Virus record (IMG/VR): IMGVR_UViG_3300021962_008356
Span: 1,446-65,445 of that record
DNA: 64,000 bases
Reading direction: 5' to 3' (one strand)
Source: a virus
Lineage: Duplodnaviria > Caudoviricetes
Shown: positions 19,907-31,008 of the stretch, piece by piece
Position numbering within the stretch: the stretch's first letter is position 1
Layout: each line of letters opens with the position of its first letter
Notes under the pieces: generated by a model
The model's database searches: none
Told to the model about the DNA's origin: nothing
Seen by the model: the letters and a program-made list of their open reading frames with translations, nothing else
Program-made: the position numbers and the translations under genes

Positions 19907-21031
19907 ATGGATACTATCGACAGAAGCAACAGAGCAATTGGATTGGTGTCAATTGGAAATCCAATCACATTCATCGCATCATTTGAGCAATTCAAAGCAA
20001 ACATAGATGCGCCACAATACAAGATTTATGTGTATCTTAATGTGCCCAGAGAACACACAAGCCCAGAACGTTTCGAGGCAGTGACGCAGAATGCATATAA
20101 AATTGCACAAGACTACAAGCAATACTTCAAAGATGTTGTAATCATTGAAAACACAACAAACATGTGGGTAACCCACGGCCAGGCTATTGACATATTGTTT
20201 CATGTGATCGACGAAGAATACATGGCAATTTTTGAAGAAGATGCCTATATGTTTAGCCGAGAATTGTTTGATGCGAATCTACAAGAATTGCAAACAAAAG
20301 ATTTGGTTTGTGTTGTGGCTCCACAAAATCCAAACAACTTTCAAAACTTGTTTAGCAAGCTGAGTATTTTCCCAGAAGCAGTCAACATGCCTGGTAAAGA
20401 AAGCGTGTTTTTTATTCGCAAATCCATAGCCAAAAAGTACAATTGGTTGGGTTTTGATTATGTGAAGTGGACTCCAGAAACCATATTCACCAGACCCGAG
20501 GGAACAAAACTAGCATTCAAGGAAGAGATATACTTTGACACGTTTGAGTTTTTCAGTTTCAATTGTTGGATGAACACCAACATCAAGACTGCAACCTACA
20601 TCGAAGAAAACTTTGATTATTGGATATTGGAAGGTCGTCAAGACACAGACGCATTCTACCGAAATCTTTCGGGTGGCAAAAATTACATTCACTATTTCAA
20701 TGGTGCGTTGTTTCAATACTTGGAACATCTGCATCCCAAAAACAAAGCGTATTATAGAAACATGGTGTTGACTGCTGGACATTTTGGTGCATTCTTGTAT
20801 CATTTGTCAACCTATACAATCAATCTTGGAATTTTGAATGCAGTAAAAAGCAAATACATTCAATTGTTGGGTAAAGAGGAATATCTAGCACATAAGAATG
20901 CGTTGAAAAACTCGTTGAGATTGTTGTTTGCATACTTTGGTATCTATAAAATCAAAACTCAATTCAAATTTTTCAAGTACATCAAGTTTACCCACAAGTT
21001 TGCGAAAAAACATCATGGTATAGAGATATAA
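19907..21031 (+). CDS. putative GT-A glycosyltransferase (paralog of 22194..23315)
   Basis: SIGNP, THGQAID, IFEEDAY, PGKES. Confidence 0.55.
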   Translation: MDTIDRSNRAIGLVSIGNPITFIASFEQFKANIDAPQYKIYVYLNVPREHTSPERFEAVTQNAYKIAQDYKQYFKDVVIIENTTNMWVTHGQAIDILFHVIDEEYMAIFEEDAYMFSRELFDANLQELQTKDLVCVVAPQNPNNFQNLFSKLSIFPEAVNMPGKESVFFIRKSIAKKYNWLGFDYVKWTPETIFTRPEGTKLAFKEEIYFDTFEFFSFNCWMNTNIKTATYIEENFDYWILEGRQDTDAFYRNLSGGKNYIHYFNGALFQYLEHLHPKNKAYYRNMVLTAGHFGAFLYHLSTYTINLGILNAVKSKYIQLLGKEEYLAHKNALKNSLRLLFAYFGIYKIKTQFKFFKYIKFTHKFAKKHHGIEI

Positions 21032-21047
21032 AAAAATATGTATACAC

Positions 21048-21740
21048 ATGTTCGCTAATATGAATACTATCGACGCCCAAAAAGTTCTAGATCTGATTTA
21101 TGATTACAAAGAGTTTGCGCAAAGTGCTGCACAATTTTTTGGAGCATCGTTTCTGATCTTTATTGCAGGTCTAAGATCTTCTTACAAAAAACACAATTAT
21201 TGGGTCAAGTTTTACAACTGGGTCCGCAACAAAAAACCAGATCTGATTGTGGAAATGGGTATATTGGAGGGTTATTCATTGTTTAGTTTTGCCAAGGGAT
21301 GTGCTGACAACAAAAAAGGCAAGATCATCGCAATCGATTTGTTTGATGACTATCCTTATAACAAAGCAAACTATGCAGATATCAAATCCAAATTGGAAAA
21401 ATTTGGCATGGACAAACATGTGTATCTACACAAAGGAGATGCGTTGAATTTGGACCTTGAGTTTGAAGACAACAGCATCGACATACTACACATAGACATC
21501 AGCAACACTGGCGACAAAATTGAGTATCTGCTGAAAAAATATCATCCAAAATTGAAGAACGAAGGCGTGATCTTTTTTGAGGGTGGTAGCAAAAGCCGAG
21601 ACAACATACCTTGGATGATCAATCATAATTGCGCACCTATTGCTCCGATCATTGAAAAGCCAGAGTTGCAACAATTATACAGCTTTTTTGTTATTGAAAA
21701 TTATCCATCACTGACAGTGTGTTATAAAAAATATGAATAG
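21048..21740 (+). CDS. class I SAM methyltransferase (Methyltransf_24-like)
   Basis: IVEMGILEGYS, AIDLF, IDILHID. Confidence 0.85.
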   Translation: MFANMNTIDAQKVLDLIYDYKEFAQSAAQFFGASFLIFIAGLRSSYKKHNYWVKFYNWVRNKKPDLIVEMGILEGYSLFSFAKGCADNKKGKIIAIDLFDDYPYNKANYADIKSKLEKFGMDKHVYLHKGDALNLDLEFEDNSIDILHIDISNTGDKIEYLLKKYHPKLKNEGVIFFEGGSKSRDNIPWMINHNCAPIAPIIEKPELQQLYSFFVIENYPSLTVCYKKYE

Positions 21741-22197
21741 TGCCAAATTTTACTACGAAGTTTACAAGAAATTCATTGTTGTTCCCCAGATCACAAGTTA
21801 CAAATTTCTGGAAATAAACACCAATCAAACACTGTCTTCGGATATGTGGAAGCAGTTGTTCAACAACATAACAGTTCAACATGTTGATAGTCTGCAACCA
21901 TGTGAATTTGACGTGTGTTATATCAATCTCGACAATTACGACAACATTGTTCCGTTGCTGAAGTCTTTGAACTTGACAAAAAATGATAGAGGTATTCACC
22001 ACTTTGTATTGAGCAGTAAAGCAAAATTTTGGGCACACAGTTCATCTGTTTTCAATGAAGAGTCTCTGCAAACTGAGAATCGTAGGTTTTATTCTTCTAC
22101 TGACGTAGGCATAACGCCTTATAAACTCAAATCTCCAGATGGCACCGTGCTGGGCGAATATCCCGATCCAGAAGGCTTGGTCTTGGAATACCGATGA
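21733..22197 (+). CDS. hypothetical protein
   Basis: Overlap-coupled ORF in operon. Confidence 0.6.
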   Translation: MNSAKFYYEVYKKFIVVPQITSYKFLEINTNQTLSSDMWKQLFNNITVQHVDSLQPCEFDVCYINLDNYDNIVPLLKSLNLTKNDRGIHHFVLSSKAKFWAHSSSVFNEESLQTENRRFYSSTDVGITPYKLKSPDGTVLGEYPDPEGLVLEYR

Positions 22198-23315
22198 ATG
22201 AATTGTCAGCAATCAATTCAAAAGCAATTGGATTTACTTCTATAGGTAATCCAATTAATCTCATTTTACAACTTGATCGACTTAGCAAAATTGCGGGGGG
22301 TTATACCTTATATGTATGTTTGAATATTGGACAACATATATGTGGTACCGATAGGTATAAAATCCTTGTGGATAATTGTTATAAAATTATCAAGAGCTAC
22401 GAAGCCAAGTTCAAAAAAATCAAAATCCTTGATTTGACATTAGGACAGTTTCTCACACATGGTGCGTGTATTGACCAAATTTTGCATTGCTTTGAGGAAG
22501 ACGCTATTGCTATTTTTGAGGAAGATGCGTACATATTTGATTCAAACTTTTTTGACGAAAAATTCAAACAACTAAATACTCATCATATTGTGATGGGAAT
22601 GAATCGTGGAGAGCCAAACAACAAGCAATTTTTTGCAATGATTTCTTCGTTGGCGACAAAAGAGATTCGTCCAGGCAAAGAAAGTTTCTTTTTTCTACGT
22701 AAAGATTTGCTTCACGAATTTAATTGGGCGTCGTTTGATTATCTTACTCTAGAAAAAGGTATGCAACTGAGGCTTCCATACACAGACTTGTGTGCCACAA
22801 TAGAAGACTGGGTTGGTTTCGATACATCCGAATTTCTGTCAGTATGTTGCACGTTTCATCCAAAAATAAAAATGTCGTTTTACACAGAGGAGACATATGC
22901 GTATTGGCCTTATTTTGGAGAAAACAAGTTTGATGAGTTTTATACGCACTATTCGTCAGCAATGCCATATTGTCATTATTTTAATAGTATCGTGTATTAC
23001 AATTTGAATTATCATAATGAGTCTAATCACACAGACATGAAAGAAATGTCTCTAAAAATACCGAACCCAGATATTTTTTTGTCACACATGTCCACACACA
23101 TTTTACAGCTTGCCATGCTAAGAGTATGCAAGCAGAAATACGTTGCGGTGATCGGAATTGATGAATACAATTATCACAAAAAATCACTAAAACATGTGTT
23201 GGGGTATCTATTTAATTACTTTGGACTATGGTATGTACGCCATCGTATGAAAATGTACACGTTCTTAAAATTTACACACAAGTTTGTTCAAAACCAACAT
23301 GGACCAGTTTTATAA
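22194..23315 (+). CDS. putative GT-A glycosyltransferase
   Basis: SIGNP, THGACID, IFEEDAY, PGKES. Confidence 0.55.
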   Translation: MNELSAINSKAIGFTSIGNPINLILQLDRLSKIAGGYTLYVCLNIGQHICGTDRYKILVDNCYKIIKSYEAKFKKIKILDLTLGQFLTHGACIDQILHCFEEDAIAIFEEDAYIFDSNFFDEKFKQLNTHHIVMGMNRGEPNNKQFFAMISSLATKEIRPGKESFFFLRKDLLHEFNWASFDYLTLEKGMQLRLPYTDLCATIEDWVGFDTSEFLSVCCTFHPKIKMSFYTEETYAYWPYFGENKFDEFYTHYSSAMPYCHYFNSIVYYNLNYHNESNHTDMKEMSLKIPNPDIFLSHMSTHILQLAMLRVCKQKYVAVIGIDEYNYHKKSLKHVLGYLFNYFGLWYVRHRMKMYTFLKFTHKFVQNQHGPVL

Positions 23316-23319
23316 CAAT

Positions 23320-24213
23320 ATGAATCCTATCTTCCAATTCAAAGAGTTTCGAGTTGAAATGTTGAAGCAGTTCGACGGCACAACCAACTATTTCAACTGC
23401 GCACACCTAAACGGCAAAACAATTTATCGTCGTGAAACCAAGGTCAAAGAAGAATTTTTTGTCAATGATATTGTGGATCAAGACAACGTTGTGTTGCTGC
23501 AAAATTATGCAGACGACGAGTTTCATTACAACTATGAAGATGCAAGATGGATCGACGACAAAACAATCAGTGTGTGCGTCAGTAAATGGGATGTGAACGA
23601 TCTTGCAAAGCTGTGTGGCGTGTCGTTCAAGAAGTATGATTTGGAAACCAAAAAGATTTATCACTTTTTGACGCAGCGCAGTCACTTTGAAAAGCATTGG
23701 CAGTTCCACAACAACCACATCATTTATCACATCAATCCATACACCATTTTTGATAGTAACGAACAAGAAGTATTCAGCAAAAAGATCAATTGGAAGCCTT
23801 GGATTGATAAGTTTGGTAGTCCAGGCCTAAGCAGTAACGTATTTGATGTGTACGGAGAAAAGTTTTTGTTGTATCACAGCTATGTTTATCAAGGTCCAAC
23901 CAACATGAAATACTTTGTTGGACTGTTGAAGTTGAACAACGATATCACACCAATAGGATACTGTATCAACCCGTTTGTTGTTGCAGACCGTGAATACAGC
24001 AGCAATTATGTGTTGAACAGTTTGTGGAACTGGCGCAATACGCCACATCGCAAAGCTATCAAATATGAAGTGCTGTTTCCTATGAGCGTGTCTGTTGATG
24101 ATACATCTATTCATATTTATGGTGGATTAAACGATTGTAGCAGTGTAAAGATGAGTGTTGACAAGATCGAGTTTGTCAACCGAGTTCGCCATCAACCGTT
24201 TATCATTCATTGA
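23320..24213 (+). CDS. five-bladed beta-propeller glycoside hydrolase/phosphorylase-like protein
   Basis: FN, YEDAR, EKHW, YHS, VLFPMS, GGLND resemble GH130/GT108-type propellers. Confidence 0.55.
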   Translation: MNPIFQFKEFRVEMLKQFDGTTNYFNCAHLNGKTIYRRETKVKEEFFVNDIVDQDNVVLLQNYADDEFHYNYEDARWIDDKTISVCVSKWDVNDLAKLCGVSFKKYDLETKKIYHFLTQRSHFEKHWQFHNNHIIYHINPYTIFDSNEQEVFSKKINWKPWIDKFGSPGLSSNVFDVYGEKFLLYHSYVYQGPTNMKYFVGLLKLNNDITPIGYCINPFVVADREYSSNYVLNSLWNWRNTPHRKAIKYEVLFPMSVSVDDTSIHIYGGLNDCSSVKMSVDKIEFVNRVRHQPFIIH

Positions 24214-24214
24214 A

Positions 24215-24832
24215 ATGGATGTAGTGGTAACAAGGTTCAACGAAAACGTGGATTGGACAAACAATCTTCCTTATACATTCTTTATTTATAACAAAGGGCT
24301 ACCACATCTAAAACAAAATGTCATACAGACGTTGAACTATGGTAGAGAGGCAGACTCTATGCTGCTTCATATCATACAAAGATACAATTGTTTAAGCGAA
24401 ACAACGGCGTTTCTACAAGCAGACCCATTTGATCATTGTTGGAATGTACTACAACTTTTGGAAAAACATCAACACAGTAAAGAAGTTGTGTGGTTGGGTT
24501 CGAATTGGGGACAAATCACAAAAAGATTTGATGGAGGACCAGGCAACGCCAATCCGTTTCCAATCTTGGAAATGTGTCAAAAGCTATTTGGCGATTGCAG
24601 TTTAGATACAAATACACAGTTTACGTTCAGTGCTGGAGCGCAGTATATTGTTCCAAAAAGCTACATACACAACAAAAGCTTGGAGTGGTGGCAACACGCA
24701 TATTATGTGTTTCGTCAATTTTTTTGTTTATCTCATTACGGACAAAAAAACAGCTCTCCTTGGATATTTGAACGAATTTGGCCGTTGATTTGGAATTATT
24801 CTACCAATCAAACTAGCTATGTATTAGTATGA
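24215..24832 (+). CDS. DUF3431-like protein (GT-A-like)
   Basis: VVTRFNENVDW, IYNKG, NYGREA, FLQADPFDH, GAQYIV, FERIW. Confidence 0.75.
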   Translation: MDVVVTRFNENVDWTNNLPYTFFIYNKGLPHLKQNVIQTLNYGREADSMLLHIIQRYNCLSETTAFLQADPFDHCWNVLQLLEKHQHSKEVVWLGSNWGQITKRFDGGPGNANPFPILEMCQKLFGDCSLDTNTQFTFSAGAQYIVPKSYIHNKSLEWWQHAYYVFRQFFCLSHYGQKNSSPWIFERIWPLIWNYSTNQTSYVLV

Positions 24833-25578
24833 ACAGAGATGTAACAATAGTTTGTCCAGTATATCTTGGTAAACCACACCGATTGGAGTATTTTGATACT
24901 TTTATCAAAACGTGCTTGAACCAAAACGACTTTGAGAAACTCAATTTTGTATTTTTGGTCGAGCCAGACTTTTTGGATTTTGACCCAATAGCCAAGCTAC
25001 GCAAGTATCCAAATATAAGAGTATTGGTCAATCCATACAAATATGGACTGTTGCTAAATCAATACATGGTGCTACATTACTGTTTTGAAATTTTGAACTT
25101 GGAACATGTCATTTATGTAGAAGATGATTGTGTATTGAGCAACGACATTTATCGTTTGGCTAATTTCTTCATTTCCAGCAAATATTATCACGAAAGTGTG
25201 CTGACATTGCTCAACAAAGACAACTTGGTAGATCCACCTACAACCACTGACGACGCAGATGTTTTGGAAATTAAAGATCATTATCATCCCGTGCAAACCA
25301 GCATGGTGTATTTTGCAACTTGGGGTTATATGTGTACACGCCGCATATGGAGAGATTGCTTGAAGCGTTGGGGACATTATGCGTGTTTCTCAGAAACATT
25401 TGTGCCGTTTATGAAAGAAGTGTTTCCAAAAATTGTAACTCCAAAGCTGTCTAGACTCAATCATATTGGAATCGAAGGTGCGTCGTATAATCAATCCATC
25501 TACGATCAACATTGCTTTGCCAAATACACACCACAAAATTTTTCAACAGATTTGAATTATCGCTATGTCGAAGTATGA
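24829..25578 (+). CDS. GT-A glycosyltransferase
   Basis: IYVEDD, FATWG, SRLNHIG. Confidence 0.65.
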   Translation: MNRDVTIVCPVYLGKPHRLEYFDTFIKTCLNQNDFEKLNFVFLVEPDFLDFDPIAKLRKYPNIRVLVNPYKYGLLLNQYMVLHYCFEILNLEHVIYVEDDCVLSNDIYRLANFFISSKYYHESVLTLLNKDNLVDPPTTTDDADVLEIKDHYHPVQTSMVYFATWGYMCTRRIWRDCLKRWGHYACFSETFVPFMKEVFPKIVTPKLSRLNHIGIEGASYNQSIYDQHCFAKYTPQNFSTDLNYRYVEV

Positions 25579-26665
25579 CTACGTTGTGGTGGGATCAGGG
25601 CTATTTGGATCTGTATTTGCAAATCTAGCAACTGCGGCGGGAAAGTCGTGTATTATACTGGATCGTAGAAACCACATTGCTGGCAACTGCTATACCGAAA
25701 CAAAAAACGACATAAATATTCACACCTATGGTGCCCACATATTTCACACATCCAACAAAGAAGTGTGGAACTATGTAAACAAATATGCCACCTTCAATCA
25801 CTATAAACACTCACTCAAAGTTGTAAACAAAGACAAGCTGTATTCGTTCCCTATCAATCTGCTTACTCTGTATCAGCTTTGGGGTTGTAAAACTCCCAGC
25901 GAAGCACAAGCCAAGCTCAATAGTGTTAAGATTGCTATAGAATCACCCGCCAATTTGGAAGAGTGGATATTAAGCCAAGTTGGTGAAGAATTGTATCATA
26001 CGTTTATTTATGGATACACCAAAAAGCAATGGGGAACTGATCCAAAAAATCTTCCAAGTGAAATCATCAAGCGGTTGCCAATTCGTTTAGATTTCAACGA
26101 CAACTATTTTTTTGACACATATCAAGGTGTACCAATCGGAGGATACACCAAAATGTTTGAAAACATGACCAGTGGTATACCAATTGAGCTTGGTGTAGAC
26201 TTTTTGAAAGATCGTGAGTATTGGCAAAAACTTGGCAAACAAGTTGTTTACACTGGTGCATTGGACGAACTATTCAACAATTGTTTGGGAAAGCTAGGAT
26301 ACAGAAGTTTGAGGTTTGAACATGAACATTTGTCGATTCCAGACTATCAAGGTACATCGGTGGTGAACTATACAGATGAAAACGTGCCGTACACCAGAAT
26401 TATTGAACACAAGCATTTTGAATCACGCAACACAAACAGTACCATCATAACAAAAGAATATCCACTCACTCCCAATCAAGCTGGTGATGAAAAGTATTAT
26501 CCTATCAACGATGTTGTCAACACTGAACTATATCACAAATACAAGCAGTTGTGTGATGTTGAATATCCGTCTATGATTCTGGGTGGAAGATTAGCAAGCT
26601 ATCGTTATTATGATATGCATCAAGTTGTTGCTCAAGCAATGCACACATTTACACACCATGCATGA
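25565..26665 (+). CDS. glf: UDP-galactopyranose mutase
   Basis: VVGSGLFG, HIAGNCY, YGAHIFHT, YTKKQWG, TRIIEHKHF, YYP, GRLASYRYYDMHQ. Confidence 0.97.
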   Translation: MSKYDYVVVGSGLFGSVFANLATAAGKSCIILDRRNHIAGNCYTETKNDINIHTYGAHIFHTSNKEVWNYVNKYATFNHYKHSLKVVNKDKLYSFPINLLTLYQLWGCKTPSEAQAKLNSVKIAIESPANLEEWILSQVGEELYHTFIYGYTKKQWGTDPKNLPSEIIKRLPIRLDFNDNYFFDTYQGVPIGGYTKMFENMTSGIPIELGVDFLKDREYWQKLGKQVVYTGALDELFNNCLGKLGYRSLRFEHEHLSIPDYQGTSVVNYTDENVPYTRIIEHKHFESRNTNSTIITKEYPLTPNQAGDEKYYPINDVVNTELYHKYKQLCDVEYPSMILGGRLASYRYYDMHQVVAQAMHTFTHHA

Positions 26666-27368
26666 TTGTTTGATTTATTTCATGCATAAACGCATATTTC
26701 GTTTCTGCGGTGATCGCACAGTTGGCGTGATACAAAACAACATCTTTGATTTTGGTATTTAGATGATGCTTACCAACCGACGTTGAAAAAAATGTTGGAG
26801 GAAACAAATCCCATTTGAAATTGTAGTTGTGTGGGTTGTATAAAGTTCTATTGATCAACTCTTGTTCCCATAGTCCGGTTTGTCGTACAAGCGTCAGTAT
26901 ATCGCTAAAAAATCGTTTTGTTTCATCACACGCTTTTATTAGATTGAATCCAAAGTTGATGTTGCCAGCTTGCAATTTATGTGGAACTCCAGTTGCACGT
27001 TCTCGTTCTTCTTGAATTTCTCGTTTATGCGATTCATCAAAAAACTCTCGCAGAAACAATACGTCATTGTCTTTTACAGCAGCTTCTAGTGCTGGCAAAA
27101 GAGGTTTGTACAACACAATATCCACATCACAAAACACGAAATACTCATTTGGTTTGGAGTTATTGATTATGTTGATTATATTCAACAACCTCCATTCCCA
27201 AAGTTGTTGACCTCCTCCTTGCATTTGATAATTGGAGCTATCCTCTTCAAATTGTGGAGTAGCTATTGGAAGCTCGACCAAACTAAAATTTTGTGGATCT
27301 TTCATGCTATCTATGAAATTGTTGCGCATATCATAGAATGTGCTGTCAACCATGTAGTATAGTTTCAT
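26649..27368 (-). CDS. nucleotide-diphospho-sugar transferase (GT77-like)
   Basis: FCDVDIV, NINFGF, WEQ, YHAN. Confidence 0.75.
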   Translation of the reverse strand: MKLYYMVDSTFYDMRNNFIDSMKDPQNFSLVELPIATPQFEEDSSNYQMQGGGQQLWEWRLLNIINIINNSKPNEYFVFCDVDIVLYKPLLPALEAAVKDNDVLFLREFFDESHKREIQEERERATGVPHKLQAGNINFGFNLIKACDETKRFFSDILTLVRQTGLWEQELINRTLYNPHNYNFKWDLFPPTFFSTSVGKHHLNTKIKDVVLYHANCAITAETKYAFMHEINQTIMHGV

Positions 27369-27369
27369 A

Positions 27370-28059
27370 TTATTTAAGTGTTATAGTGTACTGTGCATTG
27401 CGAACCGCCGTTTTTGCATGTTCCATCATGTTAAACTTGTCTTGCTGCTGAATGCAACAAATGGCATGAAACATCAATGAGGTTCGATCTACTTTGTGTG
27501 TATCCATAAATGGAGTAGTGGTAAACTCAATTGGAAGCACGTCCCATGTCAAACTATCATTTGAGTAGTCATACAAAAGCTTGTTGACCACAGTTTGATC
27601 CATAAGCTTGCTGTGTTCTATCATGTTGATCACATCCAGAAAAAATTGGCGGGTTCGCTCACATGCTCTGATCACACAAAAACCAAAATTGCAATTTCCT
27701 GGCACATTACCACCTTGCCACGGCACCAAACCTTCTGGTATTTCTCGTAAAAACAACAAGTCGTGACGACCCAACAGCTTGTTTAATGTTGGTAAAATGG
27801 GTTTGAAAAATACGATGTCTACGTCGCTGTATATGAAATACTCGTCGGGTTCACATTGTTCCATGACTCGCAGCAAATAATTTGGTTTTTCTAACCATAC
27901 GTCTATTCCACCACCATACAATTCTGTTTCTGGAACATGTTTACCAAAATGTGGCTTGGCTAGATTCAAGGAAATTAGTTCAAACTCATCTTTTAGATTT
28001 GCTAGAAAGTGATCACGCATCGGAATAAACGCATCATCATACATGTAGCATAGCTTCAT
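27370..28059 (-). CDS. nucleotide-diphospho-sugar transferase (GT77-like)
   Basis: YSDVDIV, NCNFGF, MDQ, FHA; tandem paralog. Confidence 0.75.
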   Translation of the reverse strand: MKLCYMYDDAFIPMRDHFLANLKDEFELISLNLAKPHFGKHVPETELYGGGIDVWLEKPNYLLRVMEQCEPDEYFIYSDVDIVFFKPILPTLNKLLGRHDLLFLREIPEGLVPWQGGNVPGNCNFGFCVIRACERTRQFFLDVINMIEHSKLMDQTVVNKLLYDYSNDSLTWDVLPIEFTTTPFMDTHKVDRTSLMFHAICCIQQQDKFNMMEHAKTAVRNAQYTITLK

Positions 28060-28988
28060 ACATTTCGAAAAAAATCCAATAGTCTAGCACTGTTTTTTGC
28101 CATGATGTCCAAATATAGTTGTCTGCGTTCCTCGTTACGACCTTTTGGTGTAAAGTTTTCAAGATACTCCGCAAATACTTTTGGATCAATGTAGTAGCTT
28201 TTTCTCAATGGAAATGTGTTGGTCTGATTGTCTCGGTCAAACCAATACGACAAATCGGTTTTTTCTTGAACTGGTAATATATGAACCAAATCTGGGTCTA
28301 AATGTTCGGTAAATGCTGGAATGTCACTACACACGATTTCTGCTCCAGTTGATAGCCCTTCAAACAAATAATGCCCCCAACTTTCATACAAACTAGGACA
28401 TAGATGAACAGTATGGCTGTTGAGCAACTTTTTTACTTGCCTACGAATCATATAGTAGGTGATGTAATTGATATTGGGTGGAGCAGGATCAAATCGCTGG
28501 GTCAAATCCACCACCGTTATTGGTAAAGTTTGCTGCATCACCAATTCTGTGTTTTTTTGAATAGCTTTGCCGTTGAAGTGCAAAAATTTCTCGGTTCTTG
28601 CAACGTCTGGCTGATAGTAATCATAACTCAACAATGGCAAACAAATAACATCGCTGCGATACTTTCCCAACAAATCTTGAGCGAACTTGCTTTTGCAGAC
28701 CACATAGTCAAACATTTCCATCTTTTTAAGATCGTCCTCGGAACTCCACTCCTCATTGATGAACCAAACATTTTTTTTGAACTTCTCCAACATTCCATAG
28801 CATGGATTTTGAATCCACACCCCAATTGAATCTTTGCACTTATCTTGAGCATCAGCATTTGCTGTAAATACGTCTGTAAACAATATATCTGACTCTGTGG
28901 TCAAATTTTTGTAAACCAGATCTTGCAACAACATTGCATCCGCCACAATACCAGCACGATTATTATAAGTTAAAAATTTGAAATCCAT
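28056..28988 (-). CDS. GT4-like glycosyltransferase
   Basis: GKAIQKNT, HLCPSLYESWGHYLFEG. Confidence 0.75.
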   Translation of the reverse strand: MDFKFLTYNNRAGIVADAMLLQDLVYKNLTTESDILFTDVFTANADAQDKCKDSIGVWIQNPCYGMLEKFKKNVWFINEEWSSEDDLKKMEMFDYVVCKSKFAQDLLGKYRSDVICLPLLSYDYYQPDVARTEKFLHFNGKAIQKNTELVMQQTLPITVVDLTQRFDPAPPNINYITYYMIRRQVKKLLNSHTVHLCPSLYESWGHYLFEGLSTGAEIVCSDIPAFTEHLDPDLVHILPVQEKTDLSYWFDRDNQTNTFPLRKSYYIDPKVFAEYLENFTPKGRNEERRQLYLDIMAKNSARLLDFFRNV

Positions 28989-29026
28989 AACGGTTAAGTA
29001 ACATACATATATAGGAAATTGAGCAT

Positions 29027-29704
29027 ATGTTAAACCAACTCTGTGAAAAAATATTTGTTATAACAACGGTCGATTCTGAACGAGTTGATTATGTCAAAAA
29101 TCATCTCAAAGACCGCAAGGTTGAGTTTGAATTTTTTGTGGCACCTTTTTATGGTTTGATAAATCCACACCATCCGCTGCACAGTCCACCACAGCGAGAA
29201 TCAAGACCATCCATCAGTTTGACATCTGCGTATTATTCGATTTTTGAAATGTGTAGGATCGACGGTATAAAAAGAGTTGCGGTAATGGAAGATGATTGTT
29301 TTTTGTTGGAAGACTGGGAAGAAAAGCTGTATAGGTTTTACAATAAGTTGCCTCAAAATTGGGATATACTCAATTTAGGATATCATCCATATCAACAGTC
29401 TCACACAGTCAAAGATCACATCAATGATTTGGTGTATCGACCTTTGGATTGGCATCATACTGCTCACTGCATGGTTGTGCGAGACACAGCATATACACCA
29501 TTCAAACACATGGTGAACCATTGGAATTGGCACATAGCAAACGATTATGTTTTCAATGAGTTGTACAAGCGTAAAGAAATACGAGCATATTCACCGTATG
29601 AACACATCGCATACCAGCTTAGTTATAGAAAGTCATTGGATGAACTGATTCATGTAAAAAACACATACGTCAATTTCAAAAGCCATTTGTACAATGAAGT
29701 CTAA
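29027..29704 (+). CDS. GT25-like glycosyltransferase
   Basis: IFVI...ER, VMEDD, WDILNLG, TAHC. Confidence 0.75.
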   Translation: MLNQLCEKIFVITTVDSERVDYVKNHLKDRKVEFEFFVAPFYGLINPHHPLHSPPQRESRPSISLTSAYYSIFEMCRIDGIKRVAVMEDDCFLLEDWEEKLYRFYNKLPQNWDILNLGYHPYQQSHTVKDHINDLVYRPLDWHHTAHCMVVRDTAYTPFKHMVNHWNWHIANDYVFNELYKRKEIRAYSPYEHIAYQLSYRKSLDELIHVKNTYVNFKSHLYNEV

Positions 29705-30398
29705 TATCATCAATCAATACTTCTCAGACGTGTATGTAATCAGCACAGTTGATGATACTGGGCGTCAGAGTAGGGTAATGCAGTATTTAGACAACCTTGG
29801 TGTGCAATACAATTTACGAATCGCTCCTCATACCAACTTTTTGAATGGAGTTTTGTGTGATGAGTTTGTACATAGTTGGGACTCGCAAAGCTATACCCAC
29901 GTTGGTGCCATGAGTCTACGCTTGTGCTATCTAAGCATTTTTGCGGAGTGTATTTATACCAACAAATCCAAAATTTTGATACTGGAAGATGATGTATTGT
30001 TTGAAGAAGGATTTGATACCAACTTCAAAAACTTCATGGACAATGTTCCTTGTAACTGGGATTTGCTCAACTTGGGATACCATGAAAGCAAAGATGTAGC
30101 TGGTGCTTGGAAATTTGAGCGATTGAACGATGACGTGGCTCAATGCGATGCTGCATATGCTACACACATGGTTGCAGTAAATACTACGTATAACATGCAG
30201 AGATTGTGTGACAAGCTCAAAACATGCAACATTCCAATCGATTACATTTTTATGTATTTTACTCATGTGGCCAAGGCAGAAAACAAAGAGTACATGACCA
30301 ACTATATACCAAACAAAATACTGTGTAGACAGTTATCTTATCGTAGTGAAAGTGAAAAACAACCACATCAAACATTTCCTAGTTTGATTTCCCAATAA
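29694..30398 (+). CDS. GT25-like glycosyltransferase
   Basis: VYVI, ILILEDD, WDLLNLG, ATH, PID. Confidence 0.75.
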   Translation: MKSNIINQYFSDVYVISTVDDTGRQSRVMQYLDNLGVQYNLRIAPHTNFLNGVLCDEFVHSWDSQSYTHVGAMSLRLCYLSIFAECIYTNKSKILILEDDVLFEEGFDTNFKNFMDNVPCNWDLLNLGYHESKDVAGAWKFERLNDDVAQCDAAYATHMVAVNTTYNMQRLCDKLKTCNIPIDYIFMYFTHVAKAENKEYMTNYIPNKILCRQLSYRSESEKQPHQTFPSLISQ

Positions 30399-30399
30399 C

Positions 30400-31008
30400 A
30401 TGAGCAGCATCGGAATTTATAGTTGTGCCAAAAACAACATATCCACGGAGGTCGTTGATCTTCAAAGACGTGTTTTTTCTTTATATGGTTTGTCTATTCA
30501 ACAAGACATCGTTGATTGTTCGCACGGAGACTATCTAAACCAAGTATTGAACTCTACAACCAAAGATTATGTAATATTTTTTGACATCGATTGTATTCCG
30601 CTGTCTGCCGATTTTTATCCCATAATTAAATCTGATATGGAAAAGGGATTGTTGAGCGGAGCAATTGGCTGCGCTAACCATTTGAATCCGCATGAAGTTT
30701 ATGTACATCCATGCTTTATGGGATTTAGTATGCAGCTATACAACACTTGCGGCAGACCGGATTTGCGAAATACACACATTCACGACACAGCACAATCATT
30801 TACTAGGCAATGTATTGATTCTAACCAATCACTCAAATATTGGGAGATCAGCGACGGCGGCGATGGAGCTTGGAACATGAGTCCACGAAATATACGATTT
30901 GGTCACGGTACAGTGTATGAGAACATGATCTATCATCAATATGAATCAAGAATTGAGCAGTATCAACATGCATTTATCGAAAAATGCAAATCAATTCTCG
31001 CTGTGTAA
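30400..31008 (+). CDS. GT-A glycosyltransferase-like
   Basis: HG, IFFDIDCIP (DxD). Confidence 0.65.
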   Translation: MSSIGIYSCAKNNISTEVVDLQRRVFSLYGLSIQQDIVDCSHGDYLNQVLNSTTKDYVIFFDIDCIPLSADFYPIIKSDMEKGLLSGAIGCANHLNPHEVYVHPCFMGFSMQLYNTCGRPDLRNTHIHDTAQSFTRQCIDSNQSLKYWEISDGGDGAWNMSPRNIRFGHGTVYENMIYHQYESRIEQYQHAFIEKCKSILAV

